From Vulcanimicrobiota bacterium (GTDB lineage Bacteria > Vulcanimicrobiota > SpSt-956 > JAKJGF01): a DNA stretch of 38,110 nucleotides. Location: the NCBI GenBank assembly GCA_040217695.1, contig JBEHWO010000021.1, positions 1-38,110 on the forward strand, written 5' to 3'. A program made the translations under genes and the position numbers. Numbering within the stretch: the stretch's first letter is position 1; every line of letters begins with the position of its first letter. Shown here one piece after another: positions 9,559-18,543 of the stretch. The notes under the pieces are model-generated. The model had not been told where the DNA came from. It saw only the letters and a program-made list of their open reading frames with translations, and did not search any database.

Positions 9559-10977
9559 TTAAGCTCTCCGCTCTTCATGATATTCTGCGTCAATGTTAAT
9601 ATCCCATAAATTATAAGGACTTCCCGGCAGGTTCAGATAATTTCTTGCTGCCATAAGCCCGCTTAAAAGAGAATGGTCCTGATTATTATATTTATACATT
9701 CCGCCTCTGCCTGCAGGTTGAATATTTTCAAATTTATTTATCTCTTTTTGCAATCTATTATAGGGTTCCTTAAAGCCAAGGTAATAAGTGGGATAACTTT
9801 CTGTTTCTCTTATAACCCATGAATGTTCCACAGAATCTTCACATATGAGTTTTAATGTTACCAGCTCTTCCAGAGCCAGTTTTTTTAGTTCTTCATCAGT
9901 TTTATTCCAGAGCTCATCCTCTTTAAAGACAAAATATTCTACGCTCAGGGCGCTTTTCTTTTTATAATTAACCATAGCTTTTGAAAAATTACTATAATTG
10001 GCCAGTCTAGCCATGGACACTTCTGGAGAGTGTATATATATCCACTGATCCGGAAAAAGTTTCTCTCTGTCTGACAGCAAGTTTACCGTAATATGATCTC
10101 TGTAATACAAAGCCTGTACGGCTTTTTTTATCTCTTCCTCTTCCAGAGGGGGATTGAGTAATTTGAAGAAATGGGGCAGAGGTATAGTGCTGAAAAAATA
10201 AGAACCTTTTATGTTTATTTTTTCGCCACTCCTCAGTATATCAACTGATTCTATAGTATAATCCCTCCGGTTAAGAGACAGAACTTCTGTTTGAAGCATA
10301 ATATCAGCCTGTTTCATAATGTTTTCATACATAGTTTCATACATCTGTCCTGCACCGTTAGCAGGGTAATTAAATTCTTCAACAAGGGTCTTTACTTTAC
10401 CTTTACCTATACTAAGAGCATTTTTCAGGATTTCTATAATATCAAGGCCTTTTATTCTCTGGGCTGCCCACTCCGCTCCTATCTGATTGCATGGTATACC
10501 CCAGACTTTTTCCGTATAGGTTTTAAAAAAAGTTTTGTAAAGTTTCCATCCGAATTTCTGTACTATCCAGTCTTCAAAGGTTTCAGGATTGCTGTTCTTG
10601 TTTGTTCTGGCATAGACATAGGAGCAGAAGGCCTGAAATAATTCTATTGCGCCCAGTTTAAAAGCTACATCGAATGGTTTTATGGGATAATTAAAAAATT
10701 TGTTTTTATAGTAGATTCTTGTCAATCTTTTTACGGGGATAAATTCTTCTCCGAGGGTTTTATGCCACAGTTCATTGATTTCTTTATTTTTTGTAAAAAA
10801 ACGATGGGGGCCTATATCAAATTTTGTGCCGTCAAAGACTTCTGTTCTGGATAAGCCACCTATATATTTATTACGATCTATTATCAGGATATTATTTACT
10901 CCGTGCCGTGCCAGTTCCGTGGCGGCACCTAGACCTGCAGGGCCTGCACCCAGTATAATACAGTGATATTCTGTCAT
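9559..10977 (-). CDS. FAD/NAD(P)-binding oxidoreductase (amine-oxidase / protoporphyrinogen-oxidase-like fold)
   Basis: The track ORF is 9559..11049. The preferred start is Met25 (MTEYHCIILGAGPAGLGAATELA), with ATG at 10975-10977. This puts the GxGxxG dinucleotide-binding motif at the N-terminus and removes a 55-nt overlap with the upstream gene, whose stop is at 10995. A further motif reads IDRNKYIGGLSRTE. Confidence 0.6.
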   Translation of the reverse strand: MTEYHCIILGAGPAGLGAATELARHGVNNILIIDRNKYIGGLSRTEVFDGTKFDIGPHRFFTKNKEINELWHKTLGEEFIPVKRLTRIYYKNKFFNYPIKPFDVAFKLGAIELFQAFCSYVYARTNKNSNPETFEDWIVQKFGWKLYKTFFKTYTEKVWGIPCNQIGAEWAAQRIKGLDIIEILKNALSIGKGKVKTLVEEFNYPANGAGQMYETMYENIMKQADIMLQTEVLSLNRRDYTIESVDILRSGEKINIKGSYFFSTIPLPHFFKLLNPPLEEEEIKKAVQALYYRDHITVNLLSDREKLFPDQWIYIHSPEVSMARLANYSNFSKAMVNYKKKSALSVEYFVFKEDELWNKTDEELKKLALEELVTLKLICEDSVEHSWVIRETESYPTYYLGFKEPYNRLQKEINKFENIQPAGRGGMYKYNNQDHSLLSGLMAARNYLNLPGSPYNLWDINIDAEYHEERRA

Positions 10978-10994
10978 AATGTTTATTATTCTTC

Positions 10995-12083
10995 TTAATG
11001 AAATCTCTGTTCCGGTGAACCGGTATATGCCCTTATCTGTTTCAGGCATATGTCTCTTAAATCCCCGGATTTTTTATAGACTTTTGTCCATTCAATGATT
11101 TTGTCTATAGCTTCCTCCAGATTCCAGCGGGGATACCACCCGAGTCGAGCTTTTACTTTTGAACAGTCCAGTTTAAGATAATGAGCTTCATGAGGATGTC
11201 TCCCTTTATCTATTTCGTAGTCTGCTCCATAACCCCATTTCTCACATATTTTCCTTACAATCCACTCTACGGGTTTTGCATCTTTATCTTCAGGCCCGAA
11301 ATTCCATCCCTCCGAGTATTTAGAGCCATTTTTATAAAGTTTTTCTGCCAGTAGTATATAACCGCTCAGAGGTTCCAGCACATGCTGCCATGGCCTTATA
11401 GAGCCAGGATTTCTTATGATTATTTTCTCTTTCTTCAGAATTGATCTTATACAGTCAGGTATCAGTCTGTCTTTAGCCCAGTCTCCTCCGCCTATGACAT
11501 TACCTGATCTTGCCGAAGCCAGTCCTACTTTATGAAACTTATAATCTTTTTGATTGAAAAAGGAATTTCTGTAGGAAACTGTTACAAGTTCCGAACAGGA
11601 CTTGCTGTTTGAATAGGGGTCATAACCGCATAGAGGGTCATGCTCTCTGTAACCCCAGAGCCATTCTTTATTTTCATAGCATTTATCTGTAGTCACATTT
11701 ATGACTGCCCTCACAGTCTTACAGGCTCTTACCGCTTCCAGCATATTTACTGTGCCCATGACGTTTATTTCATAGGTCTCAACCGGATTTATGTAGGATT
11801 CTCTCACGATTGGTTGTGCTGCCATGTGTATAACTATATCGGGCTCTGATCCAATCATTTTTTTCTTCAATGTATCTCTGTCTCTTATATCAGAGATTAT
11901 GGAATTAACGAGTTTATCAATCCGGCATAGATTGAATAAAGCCGGTTCTGTCGGAGGATTGAGAGCATATCCTGTTATATCTGCGCCAAGGGAAGAAAGC
12001 CAGAGACAAAGCCATGAACCTTTAAAACCTGTATGGCCTGTTAAGAAAATTTTCTTTTTTTTCCAGAAGTTTTTGTTTATCAT
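10995..12083 (-). CDS. ddhB: CDP-glucose 4,6-dehydratase (RfbG/DdhB)
   Basis: 362 aa. The N-terminus FWKKKKIFLTGHTGFKGSWLCLWLSSLGADITGYALNPPTEPALF matches the characteristic RfbG start. The extended-SDR YxxxK region is present. ATG at 12081-12083. Confidence 0.8.
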   Translation of the reverse strand: MINKNFWKKKKIFLTGHTGFKGSWLCLWLSSLGADITGYALNPPTEPALFNLCRIDKLVNSIISDIRDRDTLKKKMIGSEPDIVIHMAAQPIVRESYINPVETYEINVMGTVNMLEAVRACKTVRAVINVTTDKCYENKEWLWGYREHDPLCGYDPYSNSKSCSELVTVSYRNSFFNQKDYKFHKVGLASARSGNVIGGGDWAKDRLIPDCIRSILKKEKIIIRNPGSIRPWQHVLEPLSGYILLAEKLYKNGSKYSEGWNFGPEDKDAKPVEWIVRKICEKWGYGADYEIDKGRHPHEAHYLKLDCSKVKARLGWYPRWNLEEAIDKIIEWTKVYKKSGDLRDICLKQIRAYTGSPEQRFH

Positions 12084-12089
12084 AGGTTA

Positions 12090-12138
12090 GTGAAAAGTGA
12101 AAAGTGAAAAGTGAAAATTCACTCTTCACTTTTCACTC
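12090..12138. repeat. (GTGAAAA)4 heptamer array folding back on its own reverse complement (hairpin); T-run follows on plus strand
   Basis: gtgaaaagtgaaaagtgaaaagtgaaaa-ttcactcttcacttttcactc. It sits between the PFOR stop (12147) and the ddhB start (12083). Confidence 0.8.
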
Positions 12139-12146
12139 TTTATTTT

Positions 12147-15100
12147 TTAATACTGCAGCCCTGCAAGCTTTTTATAATATTCATACCTTCGCTTTGCATC
12201 TTTTTCTGCTGCTTCAAAGAGGCTGTCAGCTTCGCCGGGGCAGATACGTTTCAGGGTCTGGTATCTGTTTTCATTTTTTAGATATGTGCTGAAAGCTTCT
12301 TTTGGTTCTTTGGATTCGAATATGAGAGGATTTTTGCCCTCTGCGGAAAGTCTGGGATCGTAACGATAAAGCGGCCAGTAACCGCATTCTACGGCAATTC
12401 TCTGTTCTTCCTGTGGTTTACTCATATTAATGCCATGATTGATACAGGGCGAATAGGCAATAACAAGTGATGGCCCGTTATAGGATTCCGCCTCAAGTAA
12501 TGCCTTGAGTGTCTGAGGTTTGTTTGCTCCCATAGAAATAGAAGCCACATATACATAACCATAGGCCATTGCCATAAGCCCTAAATCTTTTTTGCCTGTA
12601 CGCTTTCCTGCTGTGGCAAATTTTGCCGTCGATGCAAGAGGCGTTGCTTTGGAAGACTGTCCGCCTGTATTTGAATATACTTCCGTATCAAGGACCAGTA
12701 CATTTACATTCTCATTACAGGCCAGGACATGATCCAGTCCGCCGTAACCTATATCATAAGCCCATCCGTCTCCGCCGAAAGCCCAGATACTCTTGTCAAC
12801 GAAATAATCCTGAAGTTCTATAACCTTCTTTATAAAAGGAAGACTTTCGCTTTTTGCAGATTTTAAAGCTTCAGGAAGTAATGCTTTTATCTTTTCAGCA
12901 TTGTCTTTTGCTTCAGTATTTACAGATTTCCATAATTCTTTACCCTTCTTTAAAACTTCTTCAAGGGCAGGAGTTGTTCCGATTTCCAGTAATTTATCCA
13001 CATTAAAGGCAAGCTGTTTTCTGTTTGCATTTACAGCAAGACGGAAACCGAAGCCATATTCTGCATTGTCTTCAAAGAGAGAATTTGCCCATGCAGGACC
13101 TCTACCGGATTTTGTTACAGCATACGGAATGGTCGGGAAGGTTCCTCCGTAAATGGAAGAACAACCTGTTGCGTTGGCCACAATCATTCTGTCTCCGAAT
13201 AACTGTGTTACAAGTTTGACATAGGGAGTTTCACCGCATCCGGCACATGCTCCGGAAAATTCAAAGAGTGGCTGCAGGAACTGACTGCCTTTAAGTGTAC
13301 CGGGATCAATACCGTCAACTACATTGTCAGGGAGCCTGTCAAAGAATTCTGCATTCTTTGCTTCTCCTTTTTCTCTTTCTTCCGAAAGAAGTTTCAGCTC
13401 AAGAGCTTTTGTCTTTGCAGGACATGTATTGACACAGGAACCGCATCCCACGCAGTCTTCTATATATATCTGAACTTTGTATTTCAGATCTCTGGTGTTT
13501 TTGGTGTTAGATTTCAGTGTATTGAACGTTTTGGGAGCATCTTTCAGATCTGCCGGATCAATCTGTTTTGCCCTTATGGTAGCATGAGGACAGACATAGG
13601 AACACTGGTTGCACTGTATACAGTTTTCTGCTATCCAGTGAGGCACGAAAGGTGCAACACCTCTTTTTTCCAGCCTGGTTGTGCCGGTAGGAGTATATCC
13701 GTCAAGAGGCATTTTGGATACCGGTATATCGTCTCCCTTGAGTCTCATAATCGGTTCTATCACATCATGGGCAAAAGCTATGGCATCATCAGGGATTAAT
13801 TTTGGTGCTTTTGCGGATTTTGTAATAGTTCCGGGAACTTTAACCTGAACAAGGGCTTCTGATGTTTTATCCACACAGTCCCAGTTCATTTTTACAATAT
13901 TTTCACCTTTTTTGCTGAAGGTTTTCTTGATGGCACCTTTTACAAGGTCTATGGCTTCTTTCTCATCCAGAACGCCTGAAATCTTGAAGAAGGCAGCCTG
14001 CATAACAGTGCTGATACGGTTGCCGAGTCCTACTTCTTCTGCAATCTTCAGGGCATCAATATTATAGAATTTAAGTTTTTTATCTATAATGGTTTTCTGC
14101 AGATCTTCCGTCAGACGGTCAAATACTTCTTCTGATTTCCATGGGGAATTGAGAAGGAATGTTCCTCCATCAACAATACCTTCCAGAAGGTCATATCTTC
14201 CTATATAGGCAGGATTATGGCATGCTACAAAATCGACTTCTTTAAGTAAATAGGTAGACTGTATTGGTTCTTTACCGAAACGGAGATGTGATACTGTAAT
14301 GCCTCCTGATTTCTTTGAATCATAGGAGAAATAGGCCTGACCGAACATATCTGTATGATCGCAGATAATTTTTATGGAGTTTTTATTGGCACTCACAGTT
14401 CCGTCTGAACCGAGACCCCAGAATTTACATCTTACTATGCCTTTCTGTTCTGCAGAGATTTCTTCTCTTATCTTTACAGATCTGTGTGTTACATCATCTG
14501 TAATACCTACTGTAAAGTCATGGAAACATTCATTGTCGAGATGATCGTATACTGCTTTTACCATAGTCGGTGTAAATTCTTTTGAAGAAAGACCGTATCG
14601 GCCTCCTATGATAACAAGGTTTTTATCTGAGAGGGCAGTTTTTACATCCATATAGAGAGGTTCTCCTATGGAACCGGGTTCTTTTGTTCTGTCAAGGACT
14701 GCTATTTTCTTTACACTTTCCGGTATGGCTTTCTTAAGAGCTTCTACGGAGAATGGTCTGTAGAGTCTGACTTTTATGGCACCGACCTTTTCTCCTTTTT
14801 TAGTGAGATAATTTACACATTCTTCAATGGCTTCACAGCCGCTGCCCATGGCAATAATTATCTTTTCTGCATCTTTTGCTCCTATATAATCAAAGAGATG
14901 ATACTGGCGGCCAAATTTTTCCGCTACTTTATCCATATATTCCTGAACTATGGCAGGTGTAACTTCATAATATTTATTGCTTGTTTCTCTTCCCTGGAAA
15001 TAAACGTCGGGATTCTGTGCGCCTGTTTTTGCATAGGGTTTGTCAGGTCTCAATGCTCTGTCACGGAATTCCAGTATATAATCCATCTCTAAAAGATCTT

Positions 15101-15677
15101 TTATATCTTTATATTCCGGCACATTAATCTTCATAATCTCATGAGATGTTCTGAAACCGTCAAAGAAGTTCAGAAATGGCACTCTTGATTTAAGAGTGGC
15201 AAGATGTGACACAATGGCAAGATCCAGTGTTTCCTGAACAGAACCTGCTGCCATTAAAGCAAAGCCTGTACCTCTTGCTGCCATAACATCAGAATGATCT
15301 CCGAATATGGACAGTGATTGACATGCAAGAGAACGGGCAGATACGTGAAATACTGTGGGAAGCATTTCTCCTGCGATTTTAAACATATTGGGGAACATAA
15401 GTAACAGTCCCTGTGATGCTGTATAGGTTGTAGTCATGGCGCCTGCGCTGAGGGAACCATGTACTGCTCCTGCTGCTCCTCCTTCTGACTGCATCTGAAC
15501 GACCTTTAACACCTGATCGAACATATTTTTTCTGCCCTGGGCAGCCCATTCGTCTGCCAGTTCGCCCATCACGGATGACGGTGTAATCGGATATATTGCT
15601 GCCACTTCACTGAATGCATAGGCAACATAACTGGCTGCAGTATTACCGTCAAAGGGCTCCATTTTTTGTTTAACCAT
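12147..15677 (-). CDS. nifJ: Pyruvate:ferredoxin (flavodoxin) oxidoreductase, single-polypeptide type
   Basis: 1176 aa. The N-terminus MVKQKMEPFDGNTAASYVAYAFSEVAAIYPITPSS is the classic PFOR start. Two ferredoxin-type Cys clusters are present (CIQCNQCSYVCPHA and CVGCGSCVNTCPA). The C-terminal ThDP domain motif is present (GGDGWAYDIGYGGLDH). An AAAGGAG RBS lies upstream. Confidence 0.95.
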   Translation of the reverse strand: MVKQKMEPFDGNTAASYVAYAFSEVAAIYPITPSSVMGELADEWAAQGRKNMFDQVLKVVQMQSEGGAAGAVHGSLSAGAMTTTYTASQGLLLMFPNMFKIAGEMLPTVFHVSARSLACQSLSIFGDHSDVMAARGTGFALMAAGSVQETLDLAIVSHLATLKSRVPFLNFFDGFRTSHEIMKINVPEYKDIKDLLEMDYILEFRDRALRPDKPYAKTGAQNPDVYFQGRETSNKYYEVTPAIVQEYMDKVAEKFGRQYHLFDYIGAKDAEKIIIAMGSGCEAIEECVNYLTKKGEKVGAIKVRLYRPFSVEALKKAIPESVKKIAVLDRTKEPGSIGEPLYMDVKTALSDKNLVIIGGRYGLSSKEFTPTMVKAVYDHLDNECFHDFTVGITDDVTHRSVKIREEISAEQKGIVRCKFWGLGSDGTVSANKNSIKIICDHTDMFGQAYFSYDSKKSGGITVSHLRFGKEPIQSTYLLKEVDFVACHNPAYIGRYDLLEGIVDGGTFLLNSPWKSEEVFDRLTEDLQKTIIDKKLKFYNIDALKIAEEVGLGNRISTVMQAAFFKISGVLDEKEAIDLVKGAIKKTFSKKGENIVKMNWDCVDKTSEALVQVKVPGTITKSAKAPKLIPDDAIAFAHDVIEPIMRLKGDDIPVSKMPLDGYTPTGTTRLEKRGVAPFVPHWIAENCIQCNQCSYVCPHATIRAKQIDPADLKDAPKTFNTLKSNTKNTRDLKYKVQIYIEDCVGCGSCVNTCPAKTKALELKLLSEEREKGEAKNAEFFDRLPDNVVDGIDPGTLKGSQFLQPLFEFSGACAGCGETPYVKLVTQLFGDRMIVANATGCSSIYGGTFPTIPYAVTKSGRGPAWANSLFEDNAEYGFGFRLAVNANRKQLAFNVDKLLEIGTTPALEEVLKKGKELWKSVNTEAKDNAEKIKALLPEALKSAKSESLPFIKKVIELQDYFVDKSIWAFGGDGWAYDIGYGGLDHVLACNENVNVLVLDTEVYSNTGGQSSKATPLASTAKFATAGKRTGKKDLGLMAMAYGYVYVASISMGANKPQTLKALLEAESYNGPSLVIAYSPCINHGINMSKPQEEQRIAVECGYWPLYRYDPRLSAEGKNPLIFESKEPKEAFSTYLKNENRYQTLKRICPGEADSLFEAAEKDAKRRYEYYKKLAGLQY

Positions 15678-15807
15678 AATTAGATAAAACTCCTTTCCTT
15701 TGTTTTATAAAAAATTATTATAAGTTTTCTCTAATTCATGGGTAACTCCTTCTTCAGAAAAAAAAATCTACAATTTGACACTCTCTGTTAATTGAGCTAA
15801 AATATTT

Positions 15808-15836
15808 ATCAGCTATCAGCTATCAGCTATCAGCAG
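15808..15836. repeat. (TCAGCTA)n heptamer tandem array, about 4 units
   Basis: The sequence atcagctatcagctatcagctatcagcag lies in the divergent PFOR-glgC intergenic region. Confidence 0.85.
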
Positions 15837-15872
15837 TAAGTTTGTTTCAATGTTTTAAATAAAAATATATAC

Positions 15873-15978
15873 TTATTGACCTGAGCATAAGCATGTAATA
15901 AAGGTCTTCTTCCCGTCACGCGTTACGCGTCACGGGTCACGAGAGCAGTTATGTATTATTTATGCTCACCTCAGTAAT
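15873..15978. repeat. About 105-bp dispersed intergenic element, copy A (CCTGAGCATAAGCATG ... CGTNACG heptamer core ... TTATTTATGCTCACCTCAG)
   Basis: It is near-identical to 37763-37868 and its 5' end matches 37988-38010. The ends are imperfect inverted repeats (GAGCATAA / TTATGCTC). An internal array CGTCACGCGTTACGCGTCACGGGTCACG is present. Confidence 0.8.
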
Positions 15979-16001
15979 TACTAAAGAAAGGCGATGGTAT
16001 A

Positions 16002-17282
16002 ATGGCAAGAATTCCTATGGATCAGATACTTACGGTAATACTCGGAGGCGGAAGAGGGACGAGACTTTTCCCTCTTACAAAAATGCGATCCAAACCGGCA
16101 GTTCCCCTTGGAGGTAAATACAGACTCATAGATATTCCGATTTCAAACTGTATTAATTCGGGTATAAGAAAAATTCTTATTCTGACTCAATTTAATATGG
16201 CATCACTTGCCAAACACATATATGAAGCCTATAGATTTGACAGTTATTCGAAAGGTTTCCTGGAAATACTTGCAGCAGAACAGACACCTGAAAATCTGGA
16301 CTGGTTTCAGGGCACAGCAGATGCAGTGAGGAAACAGATCAGCCATATAAAAACAAGACAGGGCAATTATATCCTCATTCTTTCCGGTGATCATCTCTAT
16401 AAGATGAATTACAGAGACTTCCTTCAGACCCATATAGAAAACGGTGCAGAATTGACTATAGGCGTTCAGCCTGTAGCTGAAGAACTTATTAAAGAATTCG
16501 GTATAATGCAGGTCAACAATAAAGGTAGGGTTACGGGCTTTGTGGAAAAGCCCAAAGAATCGTCTGTTTTTGAGCCCTTCAGAGTACCGAAAGAAATGTT
16601 CTATGAAAAATTCGGAAGTTATGAAGGAAAAGATTTCCTGGCTTCTATGGGTATATATATTTTTAACAGGGATCTGCTTTTTGATATACTGGACAATACT
16701 GATTTAATAGATTTCGGAAAAGACATAATTCCTAAATGTATAAAAGATAATAAAGCAGTATATGGTCATTTCTTCAACGGCTACTGGGAGGATATCGGAA
16801 CAATAAAGGCCTTTTTTGATGCAAATCTTGCCCTCACAGACGAAAGAGCCAGATTTAAAATGTATGATATAGACTTCCCTGTATATACAAACTCACGATA
16901 TCTGCCTGCATCTAAATTTCATGACTGTGTCATAAAAAATTCCATTATCTCAGACGGCTGTATTATATTTAAAGCCAGTATAGAAAGAAGTGTTATAGGC
17001 ATAAGAAGTTTTATAGAGCCTGACTGCGAGATAAAGAACGCCATAATCATGGGAGCGGATTATTATGAATTCGGCCCGAGAGACACAAAACAACTGCTTG
17101 GCATAGGGGAGAAGAGTATTTTACACAACTGTATCATAGATAAGAATGTTTGCATAGGCCATAATGTTAGGCTCATAAATAAAGATAATGTTTTCGAAGG
17201 TGACAGAGAGAATTTTTATATAAGAGACGGTATCATTGTTGTGCCGAAAAATGCCATAATACCTCATAATACGGTAATTTAA
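16002..17282 (+). CDS. glgC: Glucose-1-phosphate adenylyltransferase
   Basis: 426 aa. The sequence ILGGGRGTRLFPLTKMRSKPAVPLGGKYRLIDIPISNCINSGI is present. The C-terminal region is compatible with a left-handed beta-helix. Confidence 0.9.
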   Translation: MARIPMDQILTVILGGGRGTRLFPLTKMRSKPAVPLGGKYRLIDIPISNCINSGIRKILILTQFNMASLAKHIYEAYRFDSYSKGFLEILAAEQTPENLDWFQGTADAVRKQISHIKTRQGNYILILSGDHLYKMNYRDFLQTHIENGAELTIGVQPVAEELIKEFGIMQVNNKGRVTGFVEKPKESSVFEPFRVPKEMFYEKFGSYEGKDFLASMGIYIFNRDLLFDILDNTDLIDFGKDIIPKCIKDNKAVYGHFFNGYWEDIGTIKAFFDANLALTDERARFKMYDIDFPVYTNSRYLPASKFHDCVIKNSIISDGCIIFKASIERSVIGIRSFIEPDCEIKNAIIMGADYYEFGPRDTKQLLGIGEKSILHNCIIDKNVCIGHNVRLINKDNVFEGDRENFYIRDGIIVVPKNAIIPHNTVI

Positions 17283-17285
17283 GGT

Positions 17286-17378
17286 AAGTGAGTAGTGAGT
17301 AGTGAGTCGTGAAAAGTGAAAAGTGAAAAATGCTCAGGCTTGCCATACGCATCACGCGTCACGCGTCACGCGTCACGA
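17286..17378. repeat. Composite repeat block L: (GTGAGTA)2 GTGAGTC (GTGAAAA)3 - ATGCTCAGGCTTGCCATACGCATCACG - (CGTCACG)3
   Basis: Its reverse complement recurs at 18544-18686. It overlaps the 3' end of hemW, whose last about 4 codons are encoded by the repeat. Confidence 0.8.
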
Positions 17379-18535
17379 TTATACTGAGTGGCTTGCTGCT
17401 CACCTTTTATATTCAGACAAATTGCTTCATAAAGGTCAACAATGGCAGTATTTGACATAAGGAAACCTTCTGCTGTAAGGCAAAGGCTGTTGTTCCTGTA
17501 ATAATAAAGTTCTTCCGGTAAAAAAGCATGAAATTTTTCAATTATATTGTCAGGGTTAAAATTATATTCTTCTGAAAGTTTTTTTAAATCGAGGCCGGAA
17601 TTTTTTCTTAACGAAAGAAAGATTTTTTCGAGGAGTATGTCTTCTCTGTTCCTGTTTTCCGGTTCTTCTATGGCAAGTTTTTTGTTTTCTATATTTTTTA
17701 TATATTCTCCCAGAGAATCAGGATTTTTAAATCTTTTGCCCTCTATATACGAAGAACCTGACGGCCCCAGGGCAAGATATTCGCTGAAATCCCAGTAAGA
17801 CCAGTTGTGCCGGCACAGATAGCCGGGTTTGCAGAAATTTGATATCTCATAGTGCTCATATCCCATTTCTTTCAGCTTTTCCGAGATCCTTAAATACATA
17901 TCTCTGTAAAGATCTTCATCTGTTTTTTGATTGTACATATTAAAAAAACATGTGTCTTCTTCCAGGATGAGTCCGTAAAAAGAAAGATGTTGTGGATTAT
18001 ATATTTTTATAAAGTCAAATTCCCTGTTCAGTTCGTCCAGAGTTTGCCCCGGTATATTATAGATAAAATCGAAATTTATATTTTTAAAGTCCAGTCCGTA
18101 GATATAATCAAGTATTTTATAAATCTGAGAGACTCTGTGATTTCTTCCGAGAACACAGAGATTTCTGTCAAGACATGACTGAACGCCCACACTCAATCTG
18201 TTTATGCCTGATTCTTTATAGAATTTAAGTTTTTCCTGTGCAAGGGATTCCGGGTTTGTTTCGATAGTAATTTCAGTGTTTTTATTTACATGAAGGATGT
18301 CCAGAATATTCTCCAAATGGTGCGGGGAAAGCAGGGAAGGAGTACCTCCTCCTATATAGATTGACTCTATATGGTTGAAATCAAACAAAGAAGAATAGAG
18401 ATTGATCTCTTCTGTCAAGGTTTTAATATAGGCTTCGACAGAGTCAAGATCTTCTATGGAGTAAAAGGCGCAGTAGGGACATTTATTTTTACAGAAAGGT
18501 ATGTGTATATAAAGATAGAGTTTTTTATGTTCCAT
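17366..18535 (-). CDS. hemW: HemW/HemN-like radical SAM protein (oxygen-independent coproporphyrinogen-III oxidase family / heme chaperone)
   Basis: The track ORF is 17366..18640. Its first 35 codons are read through the repeat array. The real start is MEHKKLYLYIHIPFCKNKCPYCAFYS, with ATG at 18533-18535, carrying the CxxxCxxC motif (CKNKCPYC). The protein is about 389 aa. The lepA-hemW adjacency is conserved synteny. Confidence 0.8.
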   Translation of the reverse strand: MEHKKLYLYIHIPFCKNKCPYCAFYSIEDLDSVEAYIKTLTEEINLYSSLFDFNHIESIYIGGGTPSLLSPHHLENILDILHVNKNTEITIETNPESLAQEKLKFYKESGINRLSVGVQSCLDRNLCVLGRNHRVSQIYKILDYIYGLDFKNINFDFIYNIPGQTLDELNREFDFIKIYNPQHLSFYGLILEEDTCFFNMYNQKTDEDLYRDMYLRISEKLKEMGYEHYEISNFCKPGYLCRHNWSYWDFSEYLALGPSGSSYIEGKRFKNPDSLGEYIKNIENKKLAIEEPENRNREDILLEKIFLSLRKNSGLDLKKLSEEYNFNPDNIIEKFHAFLPEELYYYRNNSLCLTAEGFLMSNTAIVDLYEAICLNIKGEQQATQYNRDA

Positions 18536-18543
18536 TATAATTT

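Noticed and set aside
607-11849. Plus-strand ORFs of 60-123 aa inside the minus-strand sugar operon (for example 607..837, 1803..2069, 7747..8118, 8994..9305, 10291..10641)
   Set aside because: They are antisense to well-supported genes and are frame-shadow ORFs typical of AT-rich DNA.
12090-12148. Heptamer hairpin plus T-run as a terminator between PFOR and ddhB
   Set aside because: The T-run is on the plus strand, where no upstream plus-strand gene exists. On the transcribed minus strand the hairpin is not followed by a U-tract. I report it as a repeat or hairpin only.
16002-17282. glgC as the missing NDP-glucose synthase of the dideoxyhexose pathway
   Set aside because: It is a 426-aa GlgC-type adenylyltransferase, not a roughly 257-aa RfbF/DdhA-type cytidylyltransferase. 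It is separated from the operon by PFOR and lies on the opposite strand.
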